Below the pieces are notes generated by a model. The model was given only the letters and a program-made list of their open reading frames with translations. It was not told where the DNA came from and did no database searches. Shown in pieces: positions 26,491-38,769 of a stretch of 64,000 nt of DNA (its first letter is position 1; every line of letters starts with the position of its first letter). The stretch spans positions 83,514,001 through 83,578,000 of the forward strand of contig OZ024747.1 in NCBI GenBank assembly GCA_964016885.1, in the 5' to 3' direction. Source of the stretch: Eledone cirrhosa. Taxonomy: Eukaryota. A program made the position numbers and the translations under genes.

Positions 26491-28797
26491 GTAAAATGAG
26501 GGAGTAAGACACCCAACAGTCGCCAGGAAGCTGTAATGTGTGTTAGGGTATTAACTTGTTTGATATCAAAATGCCTGAAACTGTCTTGGTTTTATGATAC
26601 GAAACTGCCCATTTTAAAGTATTCATATTTATATCAAAAGCTTCTGTCATAATTGTCTGTTTGTTAAAGTATGTTTCAAATAGTAGCTTACTAATGAAAA
26701 TGTTATTTTATTAAATTTCTCAAAATTTTTTATTATTTTCAAAATTATTTGAAACATGTAGGCATTGTTTTTCATTAGAAATATAATAACAAAAGAATTA
26801 ATAGACCAACAAGGGAACCAACCTCTCAAGTTTGTTAATAAAAAGGACTCAAAATCTTGTTCAATAAGAAGCTAAATTTGCTACACCTTACATGAAAATG
26901 ATCACATACATTTGATAACAACCCACTGGACACATTCCCTGGTTCACTGATACTAAGCTGTTCATCTTAAAATGTTTATGTTTATCTAAAACCCTTCAAT
27001 CATAATTTTATGTAAAATCTTTTATGACCCAAACACCAGCTTTATAAGTTTTTATCTGTTTAAATTCTTGATTGTTTTCAAAATTAATTGAAAATTATAG
27101 GCAATGTCTTTCATTAGAAATATGGTAAGGGTTAAAGTTTAAATATTAAGGGTTAAAGTTTAAATATTAGGGGAGCATACTCATAATAACGATTGTATGA
27201 TTACAACTAAGAACTCAAAATCAAATGTTGCACGCATGCCTTGGGTCTGCTGAAACAGAGATGACTCGGGGTTAAAAAAAAAGAATAGTTAGGAGGGGCA
27301 TCACTCAGGACTCTGTGGTCTCTTCCAGACTAGTAAAAATGATATCAATTGATCTCCACCAGAGTGACTTGTCCATGTTACATTACATAATAATGTTTTT
27401 GTTGATGTATGTATGAGTTTGATCATGTTTGAAATGATAGTGTACTGAACAACCAGCTGAAATACTAGTTCTGTGTATATGCTGTTTAATTAAAGAATGA
27501 TAGGGTATTGGACAATCGGTTGAGTAATTGACCTCATGGCATGGCATCTAAACTTTCACAAATTGCACTGCTGATGTTAAATTCTCACGAGGGCTTATCT
27601 TTGTGAATGAAAGACTCATACTCTCACATTCTGTTATAGTCATGTATACATCTCATATCCATTTTACATACATTTACAATGTACCATATATTTTGAACTA
27701 AAGTTTTGTAAGAGCTGTATATATAAGTAACATGCTTAAGTAAACCAAATCATGAGTTATGAAAATCTCTGGAAATCTGTGATAAGTGTAAAGGATAGCA
27801 TCATTTTTTATGATGTTGCATTTCATTTTGAATTATACCAAGATGTTCTCTTGTTAACATTGTTGTTTTTTAAAATCCAGTTTTTTAGTTAATCTATCTT
27901 TCGTTTTATTTTCCTCTTCTGTTTAATTCTATTTGGCTAGTTGGTGGAAATTTTAATTTTGGTATTTTGCAGTTGCATACTTTGTTGTCAGATAATTGAT
28001 GCAATGCAGTGATTTTAACATGTGCACTCATCCATGCTGCAGATTTTCTAAGCTGAAAGATTTTTTTCACTTTGGAAAAGAAAAAAAAAAGACCGGTTTT
28101 TGTATTTTATTTCTAAACACTCATGTATTTTTATATATTTTTCTTTTTAAATATTTTTGAAGAATGATAGACTTGAATGGTAATGTAAAAATTGTAGGTA
28201 CGCAGTCATATGTATTGAAGTCAGCTTCTAAGCCTATACTGTATCTTGGATTACACTGCATATCATTAAGTCAGCAACCTAAAATTTAGTGGTGTTATAA
28301 CAAGCATAAGCATTAATAGTCTTTCATTTTTTTCAAAAATGATTTTGGTTCTGTTTAATTTTTGTTTATGTATATATATATATATGAAAAAGAACATAGA
28401 AAAAGTTGCTGTTAATGAACAAATCTGAAAATAAGTAAAATAGAAAATGAAATCCTCTCAAAAGTAGACATGTTTATTCAAAGATCATTCCTTGAGAAGG
28501 AAGGAATTAGAGAAAGTGTAATTGGCACTTGTCTAATTGTACAAGAGAAACTTATTGAATTAAACCAAGTTTATACAAAGCTTACTCTAGTGAGAACAAT
28601 GATGAGGAAAGGCTTTCAGTAAATAGTTGCATTTATTTTTTACTGTTGTTTGTGGTAGAGTAAAGAGTGTTTGTGATTGTTGAAAAAATAATTGTAAATA
28701 ATAAAAACTGTCTGCATTTTCTTTCTACATATCTCTTGCTATCTCCTGTTTAAATTATACATCTTTTATTTTTTTGGTTGAACCACTCTGCGAAGAA

Positions 28798-28849
<52 letters not shown>

Positions 28850-28852
<3 letters not shown>

Positions 28853-29195
28853 ATTGATTGCAGAAGATGATGGAGAATAGATCCAGTGATAAAGGCTGTG
28901 AAAAAAAATGGAGTAAGATGGTCTGGTCATGTATTGGGAAAGACTGGAAGTGGTTAAGTGGTGGTAATAGAGTTAATGTTGCGAAGAGAATGGAATGAGA
29001 TGGCTGGGTCTTCTGTTGAGGAAAAATGAAAGTAACTGGGTGAGAAGAGTGATGGAAATAAACATGGATTGAAATAGAGGAAGGGGAAGATCAAGAAAAA
29101 CATGGGTAAAGATGGAGAAGGAAGTGAAAGCTAGGGGTGTTGGTTGGAGGATGCAGATGATAGGACAGAATGGGGAAACTTGTCATGGGCTCCTT
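28850..29195 (+). mobile_element. Decayed RTE LINE 3' fragment after (GA)n
   Basis: GVRWSGHVLGK, WVRRVMEINMD*NRGRGRSRKTW, EDADDRTEW. Confidence 0.75.
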
Positions 29196-30839
29196 AGCCT
29201 TATAATGCTTGTTTTTTGTTGTTTTTAGCCTTTGAATTCAAATCTTAACTGGATGAATTATATAAGCAAATACAGTCGTTTTCAGGATCTATATTAAGTG
29301 GATTAATAATGTGGATATCAACTTGAAAAATCTGTTTGCTCTTATCACCTTTTGTCAGTCTATTTCAGTTGACCTTTTGGTTACCATATTTCTCATGAAA
29401 GAAACTGCTTGAACTTTTCAAATAATTTTGAGCATAGACAAAAATTTTAAGAGATTTAGTAATATAACTAACTTCTTATTTTCTGTACAGGCTCATCCAA
29501 ACAATGGAGGTTTTAGAAAAAAACAAACAAACAGATGTTTAACTGATCATTATAATGATTATAAAAGTATGTTATATTTATAAGTGTGTACATCATATTT
29601 GCCAGAGCAATTGTGTTATTGCCTCCAAGGCAAAGCATTTTTTCTTCCTTTTTCTTTACTTAGCTTATCTGGTTAAAAATAGTTGCCACTCCCACTTCAT
29701 GGTTGTATGATTACCAGCAAGAGTACCAAGATGAAAAGAAACCCCCTCTAAACAATCTTCATGCAACAATCTACATTTGTATAAACACAAATGGAGGTAA
29801 CAATACAAGGTTCTGCAAATAAATGTCCTTTAGCATTACCATTTAAATGTCTTTTTGCATAGTGGCATTGTTTGTACTGGACTGCTGTTGAGCACATTTA
29901 CATTTCACGTGTACATACACACTGTATCGATATTTATGAGTTGGTCCTTCAATACATTATTTACATTTGTGTTGCTGAAGGCAGTGCTCCAGCATTGCCT
30001 TATCTGCGATGGCTAAAACAAACTAAAGAATATGTCTACAGTTTGCCTTATGGCATTGTTTCCTCAACAATACTTTGTTGCAGATGGTGCTACAACATTT
30101 TACTGTTTAGTCAGGGAGGGACGGGCAGTGCCTATGATCCTACTCGAGGATTGGAGGCTGGTGGAAAGATGGTATCACCAAAGGCTGAACCAACAGCTAA
30201 TGAGAGGGCGGGGAGAAGATTTTTGGTGTAAAATTTGAAATTTTGCAAATTTAAGAAAAATACTGTGTTACATATTTTCCATATCTCAAAGCATGTACAC
30301 AATACTGGCTTTGATTACAGGTGTATAGTTTAATCCTTATGTTTTTTAGGCATCTACTTTGAACGTATTAGTAGCAAGTTATCAACTGTAAACATAGGTG
30401 TCAGATTGAATCAAATCTTTTGATTTGAGAGTTCTCAAAGATTCTCCTTCTGCTCACAATGGTGATATTCTTGGTAAAAGAGTTTATTATTGGAACTTAA
30501 ACCAATCAGGATGTAATGATACAATGGACAATGGTATGACCAAGTGGTTAAATAGTTTGCATCACAATCATGAGGTTCTAGGTTAGATCCCAGTGAGTGG
30601 CATCTTGGGGGAAGTTTCTTTATCATAGTCTCAGGTTGATGAAAGATATGAGTGAAATTAGGCAGATGGAAACTCTGTGAATGCCAAGACTGTAACTGTA
30701 ATTCAAAGGTCCAGCCTTGTTACATATTGCATCATGCTGATTTGGCTTGAGAATTTCGTTAAAGGTACACATGACTATGGAATACTCAACCACTTGCATA
30801 TTAATTCATGAGTTGAAAGAAATACTCATTATTTAGACT

Positions 30840-31004
30840 CGGTAGAGGGTCGGACACCATGCTTTCCAGCATAGTTACGTCCCTTTACGATCTGAGTTCA
30901 AATCCCACCGAGGTTGACTTTGCCTTTCATCCTAACGGGGTCGATAAAATAAAGTACCAGTAATGCACTGGGTAATTGCTGGCCTTGTGCCTAAAGTAGA
31001 AACA
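30840..31004 (+). mobile_element. Young SINE family A copy with 12-bp TSD
   Basis: TSD ATTATTTAGACT at 30828-30839 and 31005-31016; nearly identical to 56156-56322. Confidence 0.92.
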
Positions 31005-31659
31005 ATTATTTAGACTGGTCGAGTATCTATCTATCAATGATATAGTAAAAAGGCAAGACTCTATTATGATGCTATAATGATTTCTTTTGGTAGATAAAAA
31101 TCTAATTTTATTGGTAATTGATAAGCCACAGTCTTTTGTTGATAGTTCTTTTATTCTTTGTGTAGTGTTGAAAAGTGTAATTGATCCCAGTATGATTTGT
31201 ATTGACAACAATAAAACAGTGAATTAGTTGTATAAAATATCTTGATTCTCTGTTCTTCACATCTTCTAAAACATGATGCAGAAACACTCAGTATGATGTT
31301 TTGATTTAGCTAATTGTCCATGCATGATGTCTTCCTTAAACCCTTTCATTATCAACCTGCCTAACCAGCTCTAGTTCTATGATACAAAAACACCCATTTT
31401 GAAGGCTTCTTATTTAAATTACCATTTTATATAAGAACATCTTTTAGGTTACTGTCTTAGTAATAAAGTAATTAACTATATCAATAAATACTTAAAAATC
31501 CTTCATTAATTAATTGAAATAGAGTGTTTTGTTGGAAATATGGTCATGAAAGGGTTAAATGTTACTTGGAAGTTTGTTCAAGGGATTTTATAATTCTGCA
31601 ACCAAAGAAATGGGTTTTCAGCTTCAGCAGCATCTTTGTCAGTGTAACCTTTGCCTCTT

Positions 31660-31786
31660 AGATCTAGGGCGGGCAAAATTCCCAAGATCCATGGACAAGT
31701 TCTCTCCAACGGTCTCTGTCCCTCATTATTGCTGCCATGTCCTGCGTCTCCAAGAGACCAGTGTCTGTCCTTAGGGCATCAACATA
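31660..31786 (-). mobile_element. Short 3' end of the RTE-type LINE family seen at 35603-36039
   Basis: Closely matches 35617-35745 (AAATTCCC.AGATCCATGGAC.AGTTCTCTCCA.CGGTCTCTGTCCCTCATTAT). Confidence 0.88.
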
Positions 31787-32733
31787 TTAGTGCAAAATTT
31801 TTCTAAAAGGGATTGTTGAAATTAACCCTGTCATTACTGTATTTTATTAGAAATACTTTTGTATTTTATTTTAATTTAATGAATGAAGAATTTGGGAAGA
31901 ATTTGCTAAAATTATAATTTCATTAGAATGGTGTTTGCAACATCATTTAGAGGAATTTATCCAAATTATGAATTTTTTTGCAACTTAAAAAGTTATTAAA
32001 TTATGTTAGCATTTAAATTGGCCATATCTAGCCAGAATTCTCTCAGCTCTCTCTGGTCAAATAAGGCCATAACCAGCTGCTTATACTTATGTTAAAGTAT
32101 TGTTCTCAAAATAAATAGTATCAAAATCTCATAGATTCGATATTATGTGAAATAATTATGTGAGATAAATGCCGTTACTGCAAAAATACAATAGTATATA
32201 TAGAGTAATGTTAATGCTAAAGGGTTAAGTAGGAACCTTTTAAATGGGTGGATTTTTTTCGTAGAAGCAGTTTTTGTGTGACAATGCTTCATAGACAGCT
32301 GAAGATGGGATGTTCCATGTTTGTCATCTTCTCTGTTTGCTTTCCTATCTTTTTTTCACCCCCCCCCCCCCATACACACCTGATAGTTGCAGTATTTGTT
32401 GACTCAAAGCTATATGGGAAGGCACTTGTCCAAGGAACTGTGAGGTCAGATCAAACCCCAGAAGTTTGTGATTGCGAAGTGAACTTAAACCCTTACCTGT
32501 AGAATATAATATACATTTACACACACACACATCCATGCACACATTCAACTGGTTGTAATTAGTTTACCTGTGACAATATCAGGTGTGTAACAATTTATAA
32601 ATTATACAACTAGATGAAGTAATTTGACTGTTCTAACTTAATAGAAGCCACATGTATTGTATTTATGAACAGTGTGTGTATGTGTTACTTTGTGTGTGTG
32701 TGTGTGTGTGTGTTTACAAATAAGCAGTCTATG

Positions 32734-32927
32734 GATATAAAATTATGTATGTGATATAAAATTATGTATGTGATATAAAATTATAAATGTGATATAAAAT
32801 TATGTATGTCATATAAAATTATGTATATGATATAAAAATTATAAAATTATGAATGTGATATAAAATTATGAATGTGATATAAAATTATGTATGTGTTATA
32901 AAAATTATAAAATTATGTATGTGATAA
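32734..32927. repeat. Minisatellite, 19-bp unit GTGATATAAAATTATGTAT, about 9 copies
   Basis: Directly visible; two units carry an internal duplication of the AATTATAAA segment. Confidence 0.92.
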
Positions 32928-33269
32928 TTTCAAAACTTTTTTTCCATAAGTATATTCTATAATATATTACATAGAGAGCTTGCTTACAAATAAGCTCAAT
33001 TTCATAAGAATTATCACAAGTTCTGCAATTCCATATTGTCTATTAGTCTTTTTTTAGTTGTTGTTTTTCTTTATTTTTCCTTCTTTTTTTTCTTATGTTA
33101 TTAGGGCAGAACAACATGATAGCATAAAACCTGGCACCACAAAATGTTTGGCAAATCTTCAACTACCGTTTTACTTATGTTTGTTACTTTTTTTTTGGGT
33201 TTTATCTTTTTTTTTTCCTGCTCCCTTGTTTCTAAAGATAAATATCTTGTGGTAGCTTTCTTGTCCATT

Positions 33270-33354
33270 ACACACACACACACACACATATGTATGTCTT
33301 TATGTATATTTATATATGTATATGTATATATATGTATATATGTATATATATATG

Positions 33355-33387
<33 letters not shown>

Positions 33388-33738
33388 GTATATGTATATA
33401 TATGTATATATATATGTATATGTGTATATGTATATATGTATATGTGTATATATATATGTGTATATGTATATATATATGTATGTATATATATATATATATG
33501 TATATATATGTATGTATATATGTATATGTATATGTATATATGTATATGTATATATATATATATGTATATGTATATATATATATATGTATGTATATATATA
33601 TATGTATATATATGTATGTATATATATATATATGTATATATATGTATGTATATATATATATGTATATGTATATATATGTATGTATATATATATATGTATA
33701 TGTATATATATGTATGTATATATATATGTATATATATG

Positions 33739-33776
<38 letters not shown>

Positions 33777-33932
33777 TATATGTATGTATGTGTATATATA
33801 TGTATGTATATATATATATGTATGTATATGTATATATATATATACATATATATATATGCACACACACACACATACACGTGTGTGCTTCAACATATATATA
33901 TATATATATACTCACACACACATACATACACA
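33270..33932. repeat. ~660-bp complex (TA/TG)n microsatellite
   Basis: Directly visible; source of six spurious long ORFs. Confidence 0.97.
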
Positions 33933-34474
33933 GATTTTTTTTTAACCTTAAATCAGATCTTACTTTTTATCTATTCATATTTTTGTTTGTTTTATCACTA
34001 GCAACACTAGCACACTCTTCGTTTACCAGCTGGTAACTCTTACAGTATTTTCTTCCATTGTATACAAGAAATGTTATGAAATCCCCCTTTTTTTTTATTA
34101 TCTATATCTGATTTATTAAAAATGTTCCGTTTTTCTTTTTTTTATATATGTATATTTTTTTCTGTCTTAAGTATTCACTACTACATCACGCAAACTTCAC
34201 CATTTAGTTTCTTGCTTATGAAGATGTTTTCATAGCCATTTACTGTTTATATTTGCTGTTAGAATTTAGGTAAGAATTGTTAATGGCCTTTATTATTCTT
34301 GCCTTACCCACCTTTCTCCTCTCTTTCATATATATTTCTAGTTTTGGACAGTTTAACAACATTTTTACTTTTTGGGAATAGATGCAGACATGGTTGTATG
34401 GTTTAGCCAGTCACTTGACAACCATGCAGTTTTGAGTTCACTCCCACACTGATACTTTAGTAGAACACACTTTC

Positions 34475-34690
34475 TTAACCCTTTAGCATTTAAACCGGCC
34501 ATATCTGGCCAGAATTCTATCATCTCTTTCTGTTGAAACCAGTTGTAACTGGCAACTCATATTGATGTTAAGGTATTGTTCTCAAATTAAATAATAGATT
34601 CGATATTATATGAGATAATTATGTGAGGTGAAACCTTTTCTGTGAAAATACAATAGTAAGAGTAGAGTAATGTGAATGCTAAAGGGTTAA
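34475..34690 (+). mobile_element. MITE family 1, complete copy
   Basis: TTAACCCTTTAGCATT ... AATGCTAAAGGGTTAA. Confidence 0.9.
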
Positions 34691-34773
34691 GTTGCTGTAC
34701 AGTGGGACTGAACCTGAAACCATGTGGTTTTGAAGAAAACTCCTTAACCATACAACATATCATTATTTCTTAA

Positions 34774-34952
34774 GCGGTGGATTGGCAGTATCGGTAGAGA
34801 GTCGGACACCATGTTTTGAAGCATAGAGTTACGTCCCTTTATGATCTGAGTTTAAATCCCGCTGAGGTTAACTTTCATCCTTACGGGGTCGATAAAATAA
34901 AGTACCAGTAATGTACTGGGTAATTGCTGGCCGTGTGCCTAAAATAGAAACA
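34774..34952 (+). mobile_element. Full-length SINE family A with 12-bp TSD
   Basis: A-box TGGCAGTATCGG, B-box GAGTTTAAATCC; TSD ATTATTTCTTAA at 34762-34773 and 34953-34964. Confidence 0.92.
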
Positions 34953-35602
34953 ATTATTTCTTAATTGTCAAATTGTTAGTGATGTGTCCTTGTACATGCC
35001 ACTTAACTCTCTCCTTTGCTTAATGGGCATTGTTAAAGTTTTTTTTTTAATGTTTTCAAAAAAGTTTATATTTCTCATTTAGTAAAAGAGTTGTATGCCT
35101 TTGAAATCAAAATATGTCAAGTGAACTGTTTTGACTATGAAATCTGAAATATGTCAAATTTCTCTGTGACATTGTGAGCAGGTCATTCATTATGAAGGCA
35201 AATGGCTTAGTGGACAGGCTGTTGGACTCATGATCATAAGATCATAGGTTTCATTCCTGGACCAGGTAGTGTATTATATTCTGGTGCAACAAACACTTAA
35301 TTTCCATTGCTTTTCATAATAGCCCACTCTCCTATCATAAACACACAAGAAACCTCCTATGAGATATAATTTTGTTTGAGGCCTACTAAACCTGCATAGG
35401 TGTGAGCTGTAAATTTCATTTTATGTAGTTTTCCAAGTCTAGACAGATCCATGCAGGAAAATAAAGGGACAATGTATTGTCCTTTTATTTTCTTTAATGG
35501 AGCTTATGAAAGAACCCTTATATGATTTTCAAAATATTATGGAAACCTCACATTATGCTTATATTTTATGAAAAATTATTCATAAAAAAACATAGTACAC
35601 AT

Positions 35603-36039
35603 CTATCTATCTATCTATCTAAGGCGGGTAAAATTCCCGAGATCCATGGACGAGTTCTCTCCAGCGGTCTCTGTCCCTCATTATCGCTGCCATATCCTGC
35701 ATCTCCAACAGACCAGTGTCTGTCCTTAGGGCATCAACATATGTTAACCTTGGTCTTCCTCTTCTAGTGTGTCCATGTAGGGGCTCCCAAAGGAGCACTG
35801 AGTGCAATGTCAACTCTGGATGTTGGTGAGCATGTCCAGCCAACCTCAGTCTCCTCTGTGTCACTTTTGAGCTGACTTTTGGGATGCTCCCATACAGCTC
35901 TGAGTTTTTCATCCTCAGTGTATACTGATTAATGTTCAGAGCCATCCTCAGCATTCTCGTGTAGCACCCATCCACCATCTGAGTGAGTTTCTTGGTCAGT
36001 GTCCAAGTCTCAGACCCATACAGCAGCACAGACTCCACT
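35603..36039 (-). mobile_element. 5'-truncated RTE/RTEX-type LINE, open ORF C-terminus, (TAGA)n tail, 11-bp TSD
   Basis: VESVLLYGSETWTLT...DGCYTRMLR...RRLRLAGH...LLWEP...RGRPRLTY...MRDRDRW. TSD ATAGTACACAT at 35592-35602 and 36040-36050. Confidence 0.92.
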
Positions 36040-38131
36040 ATAGTACACATATATATATACTATTATATAATAGTACACATATATATATACTATTGGGAGA
36101 AGTTATTCATGTTTTATATTTATGGGTGCAGGCATAGCTGTGTGGTTCAGGAGTTTACTTCAGAACCATCAATGATGCTGAGCCCCTAACTTCCAAGTAC
36201 CTTGTCACCATCTTCCTCCATATTTCTTTTCTTCTTTTTCACCTATCTCTTTTCACCTATCTCCATCTTCCCACCTTACTTACCTCCTCTTTTCATCCCT
36301 TTTACTTACCTCTCTGTTTTTTTTCTGTTATTCCTTTTCTTCAGCCCTTTTCATCTTCATTTTCCTCCATTTCCTTTTACCCTATCCTTTTCTTCTCCAC
36401 CCCCTCCCCAACACACAATCCACATCAAATATAAACAAAAACATTCACATTTGCTAGTATCTTTCAAGTGAAAGATTATGTAATCTTCAGATTAAACAAG
36501 TTTATATTTTCTAGTTAGAAATTGAAAATGTCAACAATCTGTCATTAATTTATAAGAAAAACAGACTGGGAGAATCTTAAAACAGTGCTTGCCTATACCT
36601 GCATATATGTCTGAACATATGCAGTTAATATACCCCTACCACACATACTTTGTTTAATAATATTTACATATTATTAAATTTAATTCAGTGAATTATTTCT
36701 TGGAAGCTTTCATATTTGAGAGAAGTTTTATTATGTTTTGAAAGATATATAAGAACTTTTTATATTTTTGGTTAGTCTCTTACTGTCATATGGCATAAAC
36801 TATTTAAGAAAAACAGATAAGAAAACAACAATCATTGTTATCTTCATAGTATCAATCTTATTATATATTTAGAGACAGTAAATTGGCAGAGTCATTATGG
36901 TGTCAGATTAAATACCTTGGTATTTGTTCTGGCTCACTGCTCTATGAGTTGAAATCCTGCTATGGTCAGCTTTGCCTTCGCTTTTTTCAGGCATCAATAA
37001 AATACCAGTTCAGAAGAGGTGGATTGGTGGAATTATCAAAGAGTTGGTCAGGGTTCTTTATTGTATCTGATTCAGCTCTCTGCTTTTTGAGTTCAAATCC
37101 CACCATCTTCTGGCAGGAGTTGCAACAGGCAGATAATATTAGCAATGGAAAGACCAGTGGAAACATAGCTTCCTTGGTTTGATCTGACAATCAATTCCTT
37201 TGTATATATATTTCTGGTTAGTTATTTATTATCTGATTACTCTATTTAAGAGAAACAAACAAATGAAATCACAACCTTTGTGATCTGCAAAGTACCAATC
37301 TTATTTCTTAACACTTTTGATACCAAACCACCTGTAACTGCTCCTGATTCCATGACATAATGCTGTATATTTTAAGGTGTTTATCTAAAAACTTTCCATC
37401 GTAATTTTATGTTAGGATCTATATATATATACATACACACACATAGTTTTATGCAGTTTCTGCCTAAGCAATTTCACCCACAAGACAATTTTAACCCATG
37501 CTCTCTAAATAGTGAGAGTTGCATTGTGAAAACAAGATCTTTCTTTCTTCAGTTGAAGCACTTTTCAACTATTTATTGTTATTATTTTTATGGAGTTTGT
37601 AGCCACAAATGTATCTGAGTCAAGGCCTCATAAATGTGGATTCTAGTTTCTCTTTCTTCCTCATTATCACTGTCTATTTAGAACATCTTTATAAGAATCA
37701 CTTATAAAAATAATCATTCTATGAATTCATATATAAACATCCGGGGTTGCTGAACCATCCAATTCGTTTGGAAAAACACAGTTAAAACTAATTGGGTGGG
37801 GTGGGGTTAATAATATCATAATCACAATTTTGGGGGGGAAAAATTCTTTTTTTTGGTGGGGGAGAGTTTCAATATTTACAATTTTGTAGGGTTCTAATAA
37901 AATATATTTGTGGAAGTGGAGCTTGCAATCTCTGTTTGTGTAACTGCTAAGTTATGAGACATAAACAATGGTAAATGTATGCGTGCATGCACATGCCCCC
38001 CACCCCCATCTCCTCAGTAACCATCATCACCATCATTTTATGTCTGTTTTTCCATACTTGCATTGGTTAAGTGGATCTTCTTTAGCATAGATCTCTCCAC
38101 TTGTGTTTCTTTGTCATCTCCTTTATGAGAT

Positions 38132-38174
<43 letters not shown>

Positions 38175-38694
38175 GGGCTTCTACACAGTCCCTGACTATC
38201 AAAGTCCACTCACAAGACATTGGTTAATCTGAGGCTATAGTAGAAGACACTTGACACGGTGCCACACACAAGCTTATTGCCTAGTATTTTTGTTTACTTA
38301 CCCTCACAATCCCTTTTTATAAGCACTGTATTAGTTAATACAGTAAGTACTTATTTCTGGTCTCTTATAGCAATAAGAAAAGAGTGAGGGTCACCTGTAC
38401 CTTCCTGGATGGGAAGGTTGTCATTGTTTTAGTCCCCTAACCGATGAGATTAGCATATATTTTCAAGCTTGGTAAGTTGAGACAGCAACACGTCTCTCTA
38501 GATATATTACTAAGTAAACAATACATGTAGGAGGTAACTTATAAATAGCTTTATTTTTTGGAGTTTCTGTTGTTTGGAGTTAAGCTAAGCGCTGTTACCT
38601 TTTTTAAAGGCTTCATAATGCTACATTTGAATTCTAAAAATGTATAAAAATATATATATAGCTGCAAGTATAGCTGTGTAGTTCAGGATTCTGC

Positions 38695-38769
38695 TTAGGT
38701 ATAGGTATGGCTGTGTGGTTAGGGTTAGGGTTAGGTACAGGTATAGCTGTGTGGTTAGGGTTAGGGTTA
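38695..38769 (+). repeat. Two 36-bp tandem units, each ending in (TTAGGG)2 (short interstitial telomeric repeat)
   Basis: TTAGGTAYAGGTATRGCTGTGTGG-TTAGGG-TTAGGG at 38695-38730 and 38731-38766. Confidence 0.85.

Noticed and set aside
29470-29515. Acceptor-like TTTTCTGTACAG with a possible 19-nt micro-exon
   Set aside because: Donor GTTTTA is poor; no further support from sequence alone.
33101-34036. Six overlapping 197-285 aa ORFs rich in Y/I/M/C/V/H
   Set aside because: Translations of a (TA/TG)n microsatellite that cannot form stop codons.
34774-34865. tRNA genes at A-box/B-box sites
   Set aside because: No complete cloverleaf or acceptor stem; each continues into a SINE body and several have TSDs.
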